Shown one piece after another: positions 36,869 through 46,894 of a stretch of 64,000 nucleotides of DNA. Origin of the DNA: Methanocella sp. (GTDB lineage Archaea > Thermoproteota > Bathyarchaeia > Bathyarchaeales > Bathycorpusculaceae); NCBI GenBank assembly GCA_050261115.1, contig JBLNCY010000064.1, forward strand, positions 1 through 64,000, in the 5' to 3' direction. How positions within the stretch are numbered: position 1 is the stretch's first letter; the number at the start of each line of letters is the position of its first letter. The position numbers and the translations under genes are program-made. Under the pieces are notes generated by a model that did no database searches, was not told the DNA's origin, and worked only from the letters and a program-made list of their open reading frames with translations.

Positions 36869-38575
36869 ATGCCTACCCCATTCCATGTTCTTTGTGAATT
36901 GCTTGAGAGAGTCGAAGCTACCAAGAAACGCCTCGACATCACAGAACACACCGCACGCTTCCTCCAAACCCTCGATGGAGACGAGGTGGAGCCCGCCGTC
37001 AACCTAATCGTCGGCCGAGGATTCCCCCGGTACAGCCAAAAAACCCTCGACGTATCCTGGGCTACTCTTCGCCGCATACTTGAGCAAATCAGCGACTTCG
37101 ACTGGCAGCTGTTTAGGTCGGCGATGGCTAAGACAGGCGACATCGGTTCGGCCACTAGGATGGTGCTAGAGCAGTCGCGGGGTAAACTTCAACTGCAACT
37201 GACCCAAAACCCGCTAAGCATCCTTGAAGTCAGGCGAACATTAGAGGCCATCGCCGACACCAAAGGAGCCAAAAGCCGCACTAAAAAGGAACGCTTAATC
37301 ACTGCGCTGCTAAGCCAAGCCACCCCAGTTGAAGCCAAGTATCTGGTGAAGGTGTTTACGGGTGAGATGCGTACGGGGCTGCATGAGGGGTTAATGGAGC
37401 AGGCTGTTGCCCATGCGTTTGGGGTGGCGCTTTCAAGGGTGCAGCATGCTGCAATGGTCATAGGCGACATCGGCGAGGTAGCGGCTAAAATCAGAGCAGA
37501 AGGCAACGAGAGCCTAGAGCAAGCTGGCTTCCAGGTGTTTAGACCTGTACAGCTCATGCTGGCGCAGACTGCCGATTCGGTGGAGCAAGCCTTAGAGCTG
37601 CAGGGTGGGACATCGGCGTTCGAGTACAAGTATGACGGTGCGAGGGTGCAAATTCACAAGCGGGGCTCTGAGGTGCGGATTTTTAGCAGGCGGCTAACTG
37701 ACGTTACTGAGAGCCTTCCCGAAGTGGTTAAAGTGGTACAGCAAAACATCCTTGCAGACACCGCTATCATCGAAGGGGAGGTCATAGCGTTTGATTCTGC
37801 GGGGTATCCGATTGCGTTTCAGCATCTGATGCGGCGGTTCAAGCGGACAAGGGCACTTAAGGAATTGCAGGAGCGGATTCCGCTAACACTCTACCTGTTT
37901 GACATCCTGTTTCTAAACGGAGAAAGCACCATCGCCAAACCCTCTGTGGAGAGGCGGCAGCTGCTAGCACAGAATGCAGGACAAATAGCGCTGTCAAATC
38001 AAATTGTAACTTCTCAGCCCACCGAAGCCCAAGATTACCTAAAAGAAGCCCTCGCCGCTGGTCATGAAGGCTTAATGGCCAAAAAGCCCGACAGCCCCTA
38101 TCTGCCTGGGCGCAGGGGGAACCGGTGGCTAAAAATCAAACCTACCCTAGAACCCCTCGACCTAGTCATAACCGCCGCCGAGTATGGGTATGGCCGACGT
38201 AGAGAATGGCTATCGGACTACTATCTCGGTGCACTAGACCCCGAGACCGGCGAATTTGTGAACATCGGCAAAACCTTCAAAGGCTTAACCGATGCAGAGC
38301 TGACTGAGTTGACGGCACGGCTAAAAGAAATCGCAGTCAACCAGCAAGGCCACAAAGTAACCGTCCTGCCCAGAATTGTTGTGGAAGTTGCCTATAACGA
38401 GATTCAGCAGAGCCCCAAGTACCCCAGCCAGATGGCGCTGCGTTTTGCCCGGATCACCCGCATACGAGACGACAAGAGCCCCGAAGAGGCAAGCACAATT
38501 GGGCAAGTTAAGGCGATTTATGAAAGGCAATTCAAGACGAAGGGCAAATTTATCCATGGGGCTGAGGGTAAATGA
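36869..38575 (+). CDS. lig: ATP-dependent DNA ligase
   Basis: EYKYDG.R.QIHK, EGE, FDIL, EGLMAK, WLKIK and LRFARI..IRDDK motifs. Confidence 0.95.
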   Translation: MPTPFHVLCELLERVEATKKRLDITEHTARFLQTLDGDEVEPAVNLIVGRGFPRYSQKTLDVSWATLRRILEQISDFDWQLFRSAMAKTGDIGSATRMVLEQSRGKLQLQLTQNPLSILEVRRTLEAIADTKGAKSRTKKERLITALLSQATPVEAKYLVKVFTGEMRTGLHEGLMEQAVAHAFGVALSRVQHAAMVIGDIGEVAAKIRAEGNESLEQAGFQVFRPVQLMLAQTADSVEQALELQGGTSAFEYKYDGARVQIHKRGSEVRIFSRRLTDVTESLPEVVKVVQQNILADTAIIEGEVIAFDSAGYPIAFQHLMRRFKRTRALKELQERIPLTLYLFDILFLNGESTIAKPSVERRQLLAQNAGQIALSNQIVTSQPTEAQDYLKEALAAGHEGLMAKKPDSPYLPGRRGNRWLKIKPTLEPLDLVITAAEYGYGRRREWLSDYYLGALDPETGEFVNIGKTFKGLTDAELTELTARLKEIAVNQQGHKVTVLPRIVVEVAYNEIQQSPKYPSQMALRFARITRIRDDKSPEEASTIGQVKAIYERQFKTKGKFIHGAEGK

Positions 38576-39132
38576 AAGTGTCGAGGTCTACGGTTCTTTG
38601 GAAAAATGCTTCTGGTACGAGTTTGGAGTATTCTACGCTTTGTTGCCATGAGCACGGGTTTGCCTTCGACGGCACAATAATAATGCTATTGGAAGATTTG
38701 CCTACTAAGGTAACTTACAGCATTAAAGGCGATTGCAACTGGCACACAAAACAGGCAGCCATCCTACAAGAACAGCCAAGAAAAACAAGCCAATTAACAC
38801 TAACCGTAGATGATAACAGGCGATGGTACGCAAGCAGTGCGCCGCTGCCGTTAGTGGAGAGCTTGTTTGACGTGGACTTGGAGGTGTCGCCTGCCACCAA
38901 CACCCTATCCATAAACAGACTACACCTCGCCATTGGACAGTCACAGGAGACCGACGCCGTATGGGTACGGTTTCCCAGCTTAACCATAGAGCGGCTAAAA
39001 CAGAAATACACTCGACTAAGCGAGCGCTGCTACGGCTATGAAGCGCCCACGCTTGGCTTTAAGGCACAACTCGAGGTAAACCCGTCTGGTTTAGTCACCA
39101 GATACGGTGAGTTATGGAAGCAAATACCTTAA
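38572..39132 (+). CDS. Putative glycolipid-binding domain protein (DUF1089)
   Basis: DVDLEVSPATNTL.I.RL.L…WVRFP.L…Q.YTR…GLV..Y..LW pattern. Confidence 0.85.
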   Translation: MKVSRSTVLWKNASGTSLEYSTLCCHEHGFAFDGTIIMLLEDLPTKVTYSIKGDCNWHTKQAAILQEQPRKTSQLTLTVDDNRRWYASSAPLPLVESLFDVDLEVSPATNTLSINRLHLAIGQSQETDAVWVRFPSLTIERLKQKYTRLSERCYGYEAPTLGFKAQLEVNPSGLVTRYGELWKQIP

Positions 39133-39172
39133 TTTGCAGCTCAACATCAATAGCAATACTACTCGAGGCGAT

Positions 39173-39928
39173 ATGGTGGAAACCGCAGATAAAATAGAGT
39201 TTGCTAAGCAGTTTTACAGTCGACAGACCCTCATAAGAGAAATCGGCGAGGCAGGGCAGGAAAAGCTCCGAAAATCCCGCGTGGCTGTGGTCGGCGTGGG
39301 CGGTTTAGGCTCTGTCTGCTCGCTATACCTTGCTTTAGCTGGCGTGGGCTATCTGCGGCTAATTGACCCCGATACCGTTGCCATTGCGAATCTGCATCGC
39401 CAAATCCTTTACAACCCCAACGAACTTGACCAGCCCAAAGCCGAACTTGCTGCAAAACTCCTCGCCAAAAAGAACCCCCTCATCAAAGTCGACGCGGCTA
39501 TGGCAAAAGTCGAAGAATCCAACGTGTTGCCGCTGTTGGAGGGCGTGGATGTCGTTGTGGATTGCTTAGACAACATCCCTAGCCGCTATCTAGTCAATCG
39601 GGCATGCGTAAAACTCGGCGTTCCTTATGTGTTTGCTGCGGTTATGGGTTTAGAGGGTAATCTCGCAGTGTTCAAGCCGCCACAGACAGGGTGCCTTGAA
39701 TGCACCATGCATAATCAGACGGTGGGTTCCGAGAAGCGGGTGCTTGGCATAATCGGTGCCTCCGCGGGGATAATGGGCAGCCTTGAAGCCCTAGAAACCA
39801 TCAAACTCTTAACGGGAGCAGGCTCAAGTTTGGCGGGCAAAATGATGGTCTGCGATTTCACAGACATGACCTTCACCACCGTGCCGCTGCCAAAGAACCC
39901 CAACTGCAAAACCTGCAGCGACCGCTAA
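39173..39928 (+). CDS. HesA/MoeB/ThiF E1-like adenylyltransferase
   Basis: YSRQ, GVGGLG, D.V..NLHRQ, DCLDN, CLEC and CKTC motifs. Confidence 0.9.
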   Translation: MVETADKIEFAKQFYSRQTLIREIGEAGQEKLRKSRVAVVGVGGLGSVCSLYLALAGVGYLRLIDPDTVAIANLHRQILYNPNELDQPKAELAAKLLAKKNPLIKVDAAMAKVEESNVLPLLEGVDVVVDCLDNIPSRYLVNRACVKLGVPYVFAAVMGLEGNLAVFKPPQTGCLECTMHNQTVGSEKRVLGIIGASAGIMGSLEALETIKLLTGAGSSLAGKMMVCDFTDMTFTTVPLPKNPNCKTCSDR

Positions 39929-40276
39929 AAAAGCGCCTCAAGAAACGCTCCGACATTGCTAATCAACATCAAATATCTTGAGGTTCTTCAGAAATCTAAG
40001 AAAGCTAAGGGCCCCCGCTTCGCTTCAAGAAGTGCGCAATAACAAAGAATACTTAACAGAGAGATCATCAGCCCGCTTGAGTAAACAAAATAGAACTATT
40101 ATTGACCAGTAAGGTCTGGCTTAATACTGGTTCACCAGCTTTCTGTTCATTTGTCCCAATGAAGGAGACAATATATTGTTTGAAAAAAGCGATAGAAATA
40201 ACATGTTAGACTTGCAACAGAATTAGAGCTTGGTTAAATTTATTAATTAACAAGACCATGTAGGCGTGTGATTTAA

Positions 40277-41080
40277 TTGCATTTCTGCGAAAAATGTGGA
40301 ACACAACTTACCCCTGAAGCGAAATTCTGCATGAACTGCGGAGCAAAAATGAACCCTATGATACCCTCAAGACCAGTTGAACCAGCATCAATTCAGCCAA
40401 CCGCTCCTGCACCGCAACCACCACCCATGCAGCCACAAGCGCAGCCTGCACCCGTGTATCAACCACCAATACCAAACTATCAACCAGCTCAAGTGCCTCC
40501 ACCTCCGATGTATCAGCCGCCCCCACCTGCTTCACAGGCAGCACCCAATGTTCAGGCACAGGCACCTCAAAACAATCAGGTTATCGCAGTCATAGCATTT
40601 AGGAAACCTAAATCGTTTGGACGATACGACAGCTTCACGGGAGTAATAACGCCTCATCAGCTGATTATTGCACAAATGACCGCCGATATGGTTAAAGCTG
40701 CGACAATGCAAGCACGTGAGCAAGCAAAAGCGGCTGGCAAAGGCTTTTGGGGACAATGGTCAGACCAGCTTAAAGCAACCTTTGGCTACACACAAAAGTA
40801 CCTAACCATGGATCCGGCAGCGATTCTTGCTGAGACACCTGGTAACTTTGCAATTGACAACAATTCAATTACAGAAATTAAAATGAAAACAAGGTATCTG
40901 GATCAGGACAGTTCTCGTTACGAATGGGAAGTACAGATACATTCACACGGCGGCAAGTATGAGTTCAGAATGGATGACAATAACGATTACCTTGAGTTGC
41001 TCAAAAGAGTTTATGCCGACAGATTGAAGATGCCGTCTGGATTCTTCTCGAAGGGTGGATTAAGAGTAAAATTCTTTTAA
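40277..41080 (+). CDS. Double zinc-ribbon protein with Pro/Gln-rich linker
   Basis: FCEKCG…FCMNCG N-terminus, P/Q low-complexity linker and a PH-like C-domain (inference). Confidence 0.75.
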   Translation: MHFCEKCGTQLTPEAKFCMNCGAKMNPMIPSRPVEPASIQPTAPAPQPPPMQPQAQPAPVYQPPIPNYQPAQVPPPPMYQPPPPASQAAPNVQAQAPQNNQVIAVIAFRKPKSFGRYDSFTGVITPHQLIIAQMTADMVKAATMQAREQAKAAGKGFWGQWSDQLKATFGYTQKYLTMDPAAILAETPGNFAIDNNSITEIKMKTRYLDQDSSRYEWEVQIHSHGGKYEFRMDDNNDYLELLKRVYADRLKMPSGFFSKGGLRVKFF

Positions 41081-41167
41081 ACAAACTTTTCTCTTTTTAG
41101 ATTCTGTCCCATTAAAGCCAGCCTTCCTAATAATTTATTCAGAGAAGGTTGCGGTCTGGGGTTAGGC

Positions 41168-42520
41168 CTAGAAAAGCTTGAACCCTAACAAGGCAATCAA
41201 CAGCCACAACACCACCGAAGCTACCACCACCTCCGCAATGGAGAGTACCGCGCCGACTTTGAGGTAGCTTTTGAGGCTGATGTTTACGCCTTTGCGTTTC
41301 ATAACTTCCAGCCACATAAGAATAGCAAGCGAGCCCAGTGGGAAGAAGTGGGGTCCGAGGTTGTTGCCGATGATGTTTGAGAACACCAGCCCCGTCAAGG
41401 CTGAACCGCTCAACGCCACGTTCGAGGCTATGTTGCTGATGGACATTAAGCCTAGGATGGTCATTGGCCAGTTATTCATAAAAGACGCCCCCACCGTTAC
41501 CACAAGACTCGGTGTCACGACACCTAACACCGACGGTAAAGCACTAGCAGAAAGCAGAACCTCCGAGAGCAACTCCGTTACGCCTGCATTGGTTAGGCCC
41601 TGCATGACAAGAAAGATGCTTAGCATAAACAGAACGATATCCCAGTTGATGCTGCGGGCTAAGGCTTTGAGACCTTTACGTTCACCCCGGATTATTTCGC
41701 CATTAAGGCTGGCAAGATAGACCGCAGCTAGGAAGACTGCGCCCGAGCAAATTACAAAGGACACTGGCACTCGAAACAGCGAAGCCGCAACATAGCCCAC
41801 ATCCACGACAACCAACGTTGCGATGCATATTTTGAGCATGCTTGATTTGATTGGTGTTGATTCTGCCAAGATGTCGATCACGGTGGTGTCGTAGGTTTTG
41901 GGGATATCCTTGCGGAAGAACAGGTAAACGATGGCTATGCTGGTTAGGATGGTGGCTACGGCGATGGGTGCCATGAATGTGAGGTGATCAAGGAAGGTGT
42001 AGCCAAAGAAGTCAGCGCTGAGAATGTTTATGGGGTTGCTGGTGATGAGTGGCATGGCTGCTGTGTCGGCTATGAGGCCGGCAGCGAAGAGGTATGCCAT
42101 TTTGCTGTTGCCGTCCATTTTTAGTTGACTGATTATTTCAAGCACTATAGGCGTTAAGATGAGTACGGCGCTGTCGTTGGCAAACAGGATTGCCACGGCG
42201 GCGGTTAGTAGTGAGATGTAGAAGTAGAGTCTCAAGCCGTTGCCCTTGGCGAGTGTAACTACTTTAAGCGCGGCCCATTTGAAGAAGCCCAAGGCATCCA
42301 AAACAACCGAGAACGCCACGATACCGATGAATGCTAACGCGGCATCCCAAATGTGGATAAACGACTCTGCGGTTTGACCTAAACTTACGGTGCCCAGCAA
42401 AAGAGAAGCCACAGCGCCAATGCCTGCTGCGTAACCCAGTTTTATGCCGTGTGGCCTTTTAATCATCAAGAAAAGCGTCGATATAAAAACCGCTAATGCC
42501 GCTACTGCAATGTAATCCAA
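41168..42520 (-). CDS. arsB: ArsB/NhaD-family anion transporter
   Basis: FANDSAVLILTP, ITSNPINI, NNWP and PLGSLAILMW motifs; about 12 TM. Confidence 0.82.
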   Translation of the reverse strand: MDYIAVAALAVFISTLFLMIKRPHGIKLGYAAGIGAVASLLLGTVSLGQTAESFIHIWDAALAFIGIVAFSVVLDALGFFKWAALKVVTLAKGNGLRLYFYISLLTAAVAILFANDSAVLILTPIVLEIISQLKMDGNSKMAYLFAAGLIADTAAMPLITSNPINILSADFFGYTFLDHLTFMAPIAVATILTSIAIVYLFFRKDIPKTYDTTVIDILAESTPIKSSMLKICIATLVVVDVGYVAASLFRVPVSFVICSGAVFLAAVYLASLNGEIIRGERKGLKALARSINWDIVLFMLSIFLVMQGLTNAGVTELLSEVLLSASALPSVLGVVTPSLVVTVGASFMNNWPMTILGLMSISNIASNVALSGSALTGLVFSNIIGNNLGPHFFPLGSLAILMWLEVMKRKGVNISLKSYLKVGAVLSIAEVVVASVVLWLLIALLGFKLF

Positions 42521-42629
42521 AGGGAGCCTCGCATAGCATAGCAGGCGCCGGGTTCGGGTATAAAAGATTAGCTAACACGAAAAGGCTGAATTAAGGTAAA
42601 ATACAGAAAATAGGTAAAGAAAAGAGTGG

Positions 42630-43694
42630 TTACTCTTTCTTTTGTTTGCTTGGGCGAAGTGAACGGACGGTTCTGCCTGCACGCCACATTTCGCTGTTGC
42701 CCATAGCGTTTAATTCGTCAGCCAGCTTCTGCTTGTAATCGGGTGCTTTGCTCTTTTCTAGGACAATGCGTGTTTCTTCGCCTGCGGCCGTTAACTCATA
42801 GAGGCTGTCAAATACTGGCTGGGTTGCGCTGCGGAATCGTTCTTTCCAGCGGAGTGCGCCGATGCGGGCTGTTTCGCTGCAGTTGCAGTACATCCAGTCC
42901 ATGCCGTTTTCGTCGACGAGGCGAATGAGGCTCTGTGTGAGTTCCTCAACGGTTTCGTTGAAGGCTTCGCTTGGGCTGTGACCGTTTGCGCGTAGGGTGT
43001 TGTATTGAGCTTCGAGTATGCCTGCTAGTGCACCCATTAATGTGCCGCGTTCGCCAGTTAGGTCACTGTAGACTTCTTTCTCAAAGGTTGTTGGAAACAG
43101 GTATCCTGAACCGATGGCGATGCCTAAAGCTTTTGCGCGGTCCATGGCTCTGCCTGTGGCGTCTTGGAAGACTGCAAAGCTGCTGTTGATGCCGCTGCCG
43201 TCGACAAAGTTTCGTCTGACGCTTGTGCCGCTGCCTTTTGGCGCGACAAGAATAACGTCGATGTCTGCTGGTGGGATAACGCCTGTTTGTTCCTTGTAGA
43301 CTATGCTAAAGCCGTGGCTAAAGTAGAGTGCATCGCCCTTTTTGAGGGTGGGTTTTATTCTTGGCCATACGGCTTTCTGTGCGGCATCGGTTAGCAGGAA
43401 CATTTTGATTGTGCCTTTCTGTGCCGCTTCTTCGAGTGGGAACAGGTTTTCGCCTGGAACCCATCCGTCTGCTACTGCTTTGTCCCAGTCTTTTTTGAAA
43501 ATGCCATCTTTTTCTTGTCCGATGATTACTTTTATACCGTTGTCTCTCATGTTAAGGGATTGGGCTGCGCCTTGTATGCCGTAGCCTAGGGAGACGACGA
43601 CTTCGTCTTTTAGTACTTTCTGTGCTTGTGCAATTGTAAACTCTGTACGGGTGACGACGTCTTCTATTACGCCACCGAAATCCATTTTTACCAT
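42630..43694 (-). CDS. ilvC: Ketol-acid reductoisomerase
   Basis: GYGIQG, FSHGF, APKGSG, SDLTGER, EAFNETVEE and CS.TA motifs. Confidence 0.93.
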   Translation of the reverse strand: MVKMDFGGVIEDVVTRTEFTIAQAQKVLKDEVVVSLGYGIQGAAQSLNMRDNGIKVIIGQEKDGIFKKDWDKAVADGWVPGENLFPLEEAAQKGTIKMFLLTDAAQKAVWPRIKPTLKKGDALYFSHGFSIVYKEQTGVIPPADIDVILVAPKGSGTSVRRNFVDGSGINSSFAVFQDATGRAMDRAKALGIAIGSGYLFPTTFEKEVYSDLTGERGTLMGALAGILEAQYNTLRANGHSPSEAFNETVEELTQSLIRLVDENGMDWMYCNCSETARIGALRWKERFRSATQPVFDSLYELTAAGEETRIVLEKSKAPDYKQKLADELNAMGNSEMWRAGRTVRSLRPSKQKKE

Positions 43695-43793
43695 TTTTAG
43701 GTTCCTCAAGCCTGACAATTTAGCAGGCGCAGTAATTAAGAATTTTGTAAGGAAACAACCAAAGCATAACCCAGAAAAAACCCGTTTTTGGGC

Positions 43794-44027
43794 TTAGATG
43801 ATTTTTAAGCGCTTTTCCACAATATAAAACGCCAAATAAACCACAACGCCAAGAGTAATCAATCCTGCACCCACAAGCAGGGAAACCAGAAACACTGCCA
43901 CCACACCGACGCCTATTAGGATTAAGCCCAAAATGCCCATGACAGCAAGAAAAGTCATTGAAGTATTGTCTACGGACTCTTCGGGTGGCTGCTCTTTTGG
44001 TTTGTTTTTCTTTTTGGGTTTTGGCAT
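43794..44027 (-). CDS. Small two-TM membrane protein
   Basis: Basic N-terminus followed by two hydrophobic helices. Confidence 0.65.
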   Translation of the reverse strand: MPKPKKKNKPKEQPPEESVDNTSMTFLAVMGILGLILIGVGVVAVFLVSLLVGAGLITLGVVVYLAFYIVEKRLKII

Positions 44028-44178
44028 GATAAGCAGAGAATGGTTACTGTATGTAATAACTTTACGCTACTATCCGTTACTCTTAACTTTTCTTTGATGG
44101 TTGGTGCCCGTCGTTTATCCTTTAGTTTTGCTTGTAATACTTCAACAAGGCACTTAAGTCCAACCGCTTATTCTCCTT

Positions 44179-44667
44179 ATGGAATCCGACCCGAAATTCA
44201 CTGCTGAACTCATCGGCCCCTGCGGCATGAACTGCGGCTTATGCAAAGCCTACCTAGCCTGCAGCCACGGCATCCCAGCCAAAAAGGGCCAAGTCTCGCA
44301 TTGTAGTGGCTGCCGGGCGCGGAACAAAAACTGTGCATTCATTAAGCGCGATTGCCCCCGAAAGGTTGGAAAAGCGCTATATTCTTGCATGGAGTGTCCC
44401 GATGTGCCCTGTGAAAGATTAGCCAAGCTAGACGAGCTCTATCGGGTACGTTATGGTGTAAGTTTTGTTGAGAACCTGAAGGTTATTCAAGAGAGCGGTA
44501 TGGATGAGTTTTTGAAGCGTGAGGCGGAGAAGTATCGGTGCCCCCATTGTGGTGATGTAGTTTCGATACATGATGGGAAATGTTACGCCTGCGGTTATCA
44601 GGGTCCCAAGCCTCAGACTTCTAATCCTAAATATCGGTGGAAACCAAACAAACCCTGCAAAAAATAA
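44179..44667 (+). CDS. DUF3795 Cys-rich protein
   Basis: PCGMNCGLC, CSGC, CMEC..PC, ENL..I…G and CPHCG…CYAC motifs. Confidence 0.85.
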   Translation: MESDPKFTAELIGPCGMNCGLCKAYLACSHGIPAKKGQVSHCSGCRARNKNCAFIKRDCPRKVGKALYSCMECPDVPCERLAKLDELYRVRYGVSFVENLKVIQESGMDEFLKREAEKYRCPHCGDVVSIHDGKCYACGYQGPKPQTSNPKYRWKPNKPCKK

Positions 44668-44869
44668 CCTGCCGCCGAACACTCTTTCTAAATCAAATGA
44701 CTGTACTTGGCTAGCAGAAAACCGGCTTAGGGCAGAACCAAAAGCAGTCGTTTGGAAAGTCCTCCTCGGGGCTCTGATGTTATAGGGTCTGGTGAGTTGT
44801 AGCTTGGATGCAGCAACATAATCTTAATAAGCTGACGCTAGCCCTCTAGAATTATAACAAGGGCTCCTT

Positions 44870-45691
44870 TTGAACAGAGTACTTCTAAGGCAATACACCC
44901 AACCGCTCGAATACGACGGTTTACAAACAAATGAGGCTAGAGGCAAAAAGGCAGAGTTGTATCTGGATGGAGCGTTAATTCTCAGTGGACACCAACCTAC
45001 CCTGCTTCCTTACCCCGGCTTTTTCTATCGCATGTACCACTCAAACATCATGGACATCTGCCCCTATGACCCCCTAAGCAAACATACCGATCGCTACCAG
45101 CACCGCGTCAAAATAGGCACGGACTCCAACTGGCGCTGGCTAACCATACCAATTGAATCCTCCAACGGCTGCTCTATAATTAACACAAAAATAAAGCATG
45201 AATTTATGTCCGAGCGCTGGATGGAACTAAAGCATGTTTACCAAACCTACCCCAATTGGGATCAGTATAAGGATGAGCTTAAGGAGATCTTTTTTGGCTA
45301 CAACTACTTATGGGAACTTAACTTCCGTTTTATCCTCTGGATTAGAGATATTTTAGGCATCAAAACTTATCTTTCCATATCCTACAGTGGCCAAGGCAGC
45401 GACACAACTGAGCGAGTAGCTTCCCAATTCTCTAGCTACGGCTCGGTGGTTTACTTGGCTGGAAAAGGCAGCATGGAATACTTGGACCTTAAAAAATACG
45501 AACGCTTAACCCATTCCACGATCGCCATAGTTACCTATACGCCGCCGGTGCCCTTCTCCACCGTCTCCACACTAACGCCTCTGCTAATGTATCCGCCCCA
45601 GAAAGTCCTAGACGTACTAAACATAAGGCGCGAACCGATAAGGGTGATAGTTAACGGCGCCGAATACAGCGTCGACTACCTAAACAGCTAA
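44870..45691 (+). CDS. WbqC-like protein
   Basis: HQPTLLPYPGFF…YQHR.KI…WLTIPI…YLAGKG…YLD pattern. Confidence 0.8.
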   Translation: MNRVLLRQYTQPLEYDGLQTNEARGKKAELYLDGALILSGHQPTLLPYPGFFYRMYHSNIMDICPYDPLSKHTDRYQHRVKIGTDSNWRWLTIPIESSNGCSIINTKIKHEFMSERWMELKHVYQTYPNWDQYKDELKEIFFGYNYLWELNFRFILWIRDILGIKTYLSISYSGQGSDTTERVASQFSSYGSVVYLAGKGSMEYLDLKKYERLTHSTIAIVTYTPPVPFSTVSTLTPLLMYPPQKVLDVLNIRREPIRVIVNGAEYSVDYLNS

Positions 45692-46602
45692 CTGACCTGC
45701 AAAAGTTTTAGGAAAAGCGCCTTCGCCGAGTAGAGGCGGTTTTCTGCCTGTTCATAAATCACGGATCTGGGGTTCTCTATGGCTTCTGCGGTGATTTCGT
45801 AGCCGCGATGAATGGGCATGTCATGCATGATATAGGCGCTGCTGCCTTTGAGTAGTTCAGCGTTGACTTGATAGGGCATCATGAGCTCGATGCGTTTCTC
45901 TTTCTCAGCGGCAAACTTGGGATCGGTAAAGAATTCCATATCAATCCATGTATCGGTATAGACAAAATCGGCGTCTTTGACGGCTGCCCTCACGTCTAGG
46001 GTGGATTCCCAAAGCCCCGACTTTTTAGCTTCGGAGAGAATCTGCTCGTCACGGGCTGCTTCATTGAAGAGCGGAGTAACGGTGGTTATCTTCACGCCTG
46101 TCTTTGTGCACCCCTCTAGGAGGCTGTTGGTTACATTGTTGTGAACTCCGATGTATACCAGTTTTGCACCTTCGAGTTTGCCGTGTTTCTCCTTTACGGT
46201 GATAAGGTCTGCGAGGGCTTGACTGGGGTGATACATGTCGTCACAGCCATTAATGACGGGTACACGGGATGCTTTCATCATCTTTAGCAAATCCCTGTTG
46301 TAGAGCAACCGCGCCATGATACAGTCAACGTTTCGGGACAAGTATTGAAGCTCATCAGAGATGTCTGCCAATGTGAAGTTGCTGCTTCTCCAATCAATAT
46401 AGAGTGCATGTCCTCCTAGCTGGGTCATGGCGACTTCAAAGGAGACGCGGGTGCGGGTGCTGGTTTTTTGAAATATGAGCGCGGCTGATTTGCCCTCGAA
46501 GGTTTTGAGGTACTTTTTTGGGTTAGCTTTAACCTCTATACCTAAATCTACCAGTTCTTCTAGGTCTCTACCAGTTAATTCTTTGAAGTTTAGCAGATGC
46601 AT
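45688..46602 (-). CDS. argF: Ornithine carbamoyltransferase (divergent motifs)
   Basis: KTSTRTRVSFE, HPSQ, NNV, YTDTW and QAENRL motifs; HDMP in place of HCLP. Confidence 0.85.
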   Translation of the reverse strand: MHLLNFKELTGRDLEELVDLGIEVKANPKKYLKTFEGKSAALIFQKTSTRTRVSFEVAMTQLGGHALYIDWRSSNFTLADISDELQYLSRNVDCIMARLLYNRDLLKMMKASRVPVINGCDDMYHPSQALADLITVKEKHGKLEGAKLVYIGVHNNVTNSLLEGCTKTGVKITTVTPLFNEAARDEQILSEAKKSGLWESTLDVRAAVKDADFVYTDTWIDMEFFTDPKFAAEKEKRIELMMPYQVNAELLKGSSAYIMHDMPIHRGYEITAEAIENPRSVIYEQAENRLYSAKALFLKLLQVS

Positions 46603-46894
46603 CTTTCCTTGCCTTCGCTACGCTTGAATCAGCCATGCAATAATAAGTTTTACTATATTCTCTCATTTAAAGTCGAAATCGTTTTTTTATGACTCTATTT
46701 GTGTAAACAGTTTAACGCAGACGAAGCTTGAACCTATAACGCTTGAGAGAACCAAGCCATGCCCCTAAGTTGCCTCCATTTTACTTCTACAACAACCATT
46801 TAACCCACGACCCCTCTTTTTGGTTAAGGGGAATTCGCTTTCTTACAAAAACCTTTTCCGTTCAACCCCCGAATAGTAGATGAAGGTGGTAATC

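Noticed and set aside
40370-40570. CCA/CAG-rich stretch as a tandem repeat array
   Set aside because: It is the coding sequence of a Pro/Gln linker with no regular period.
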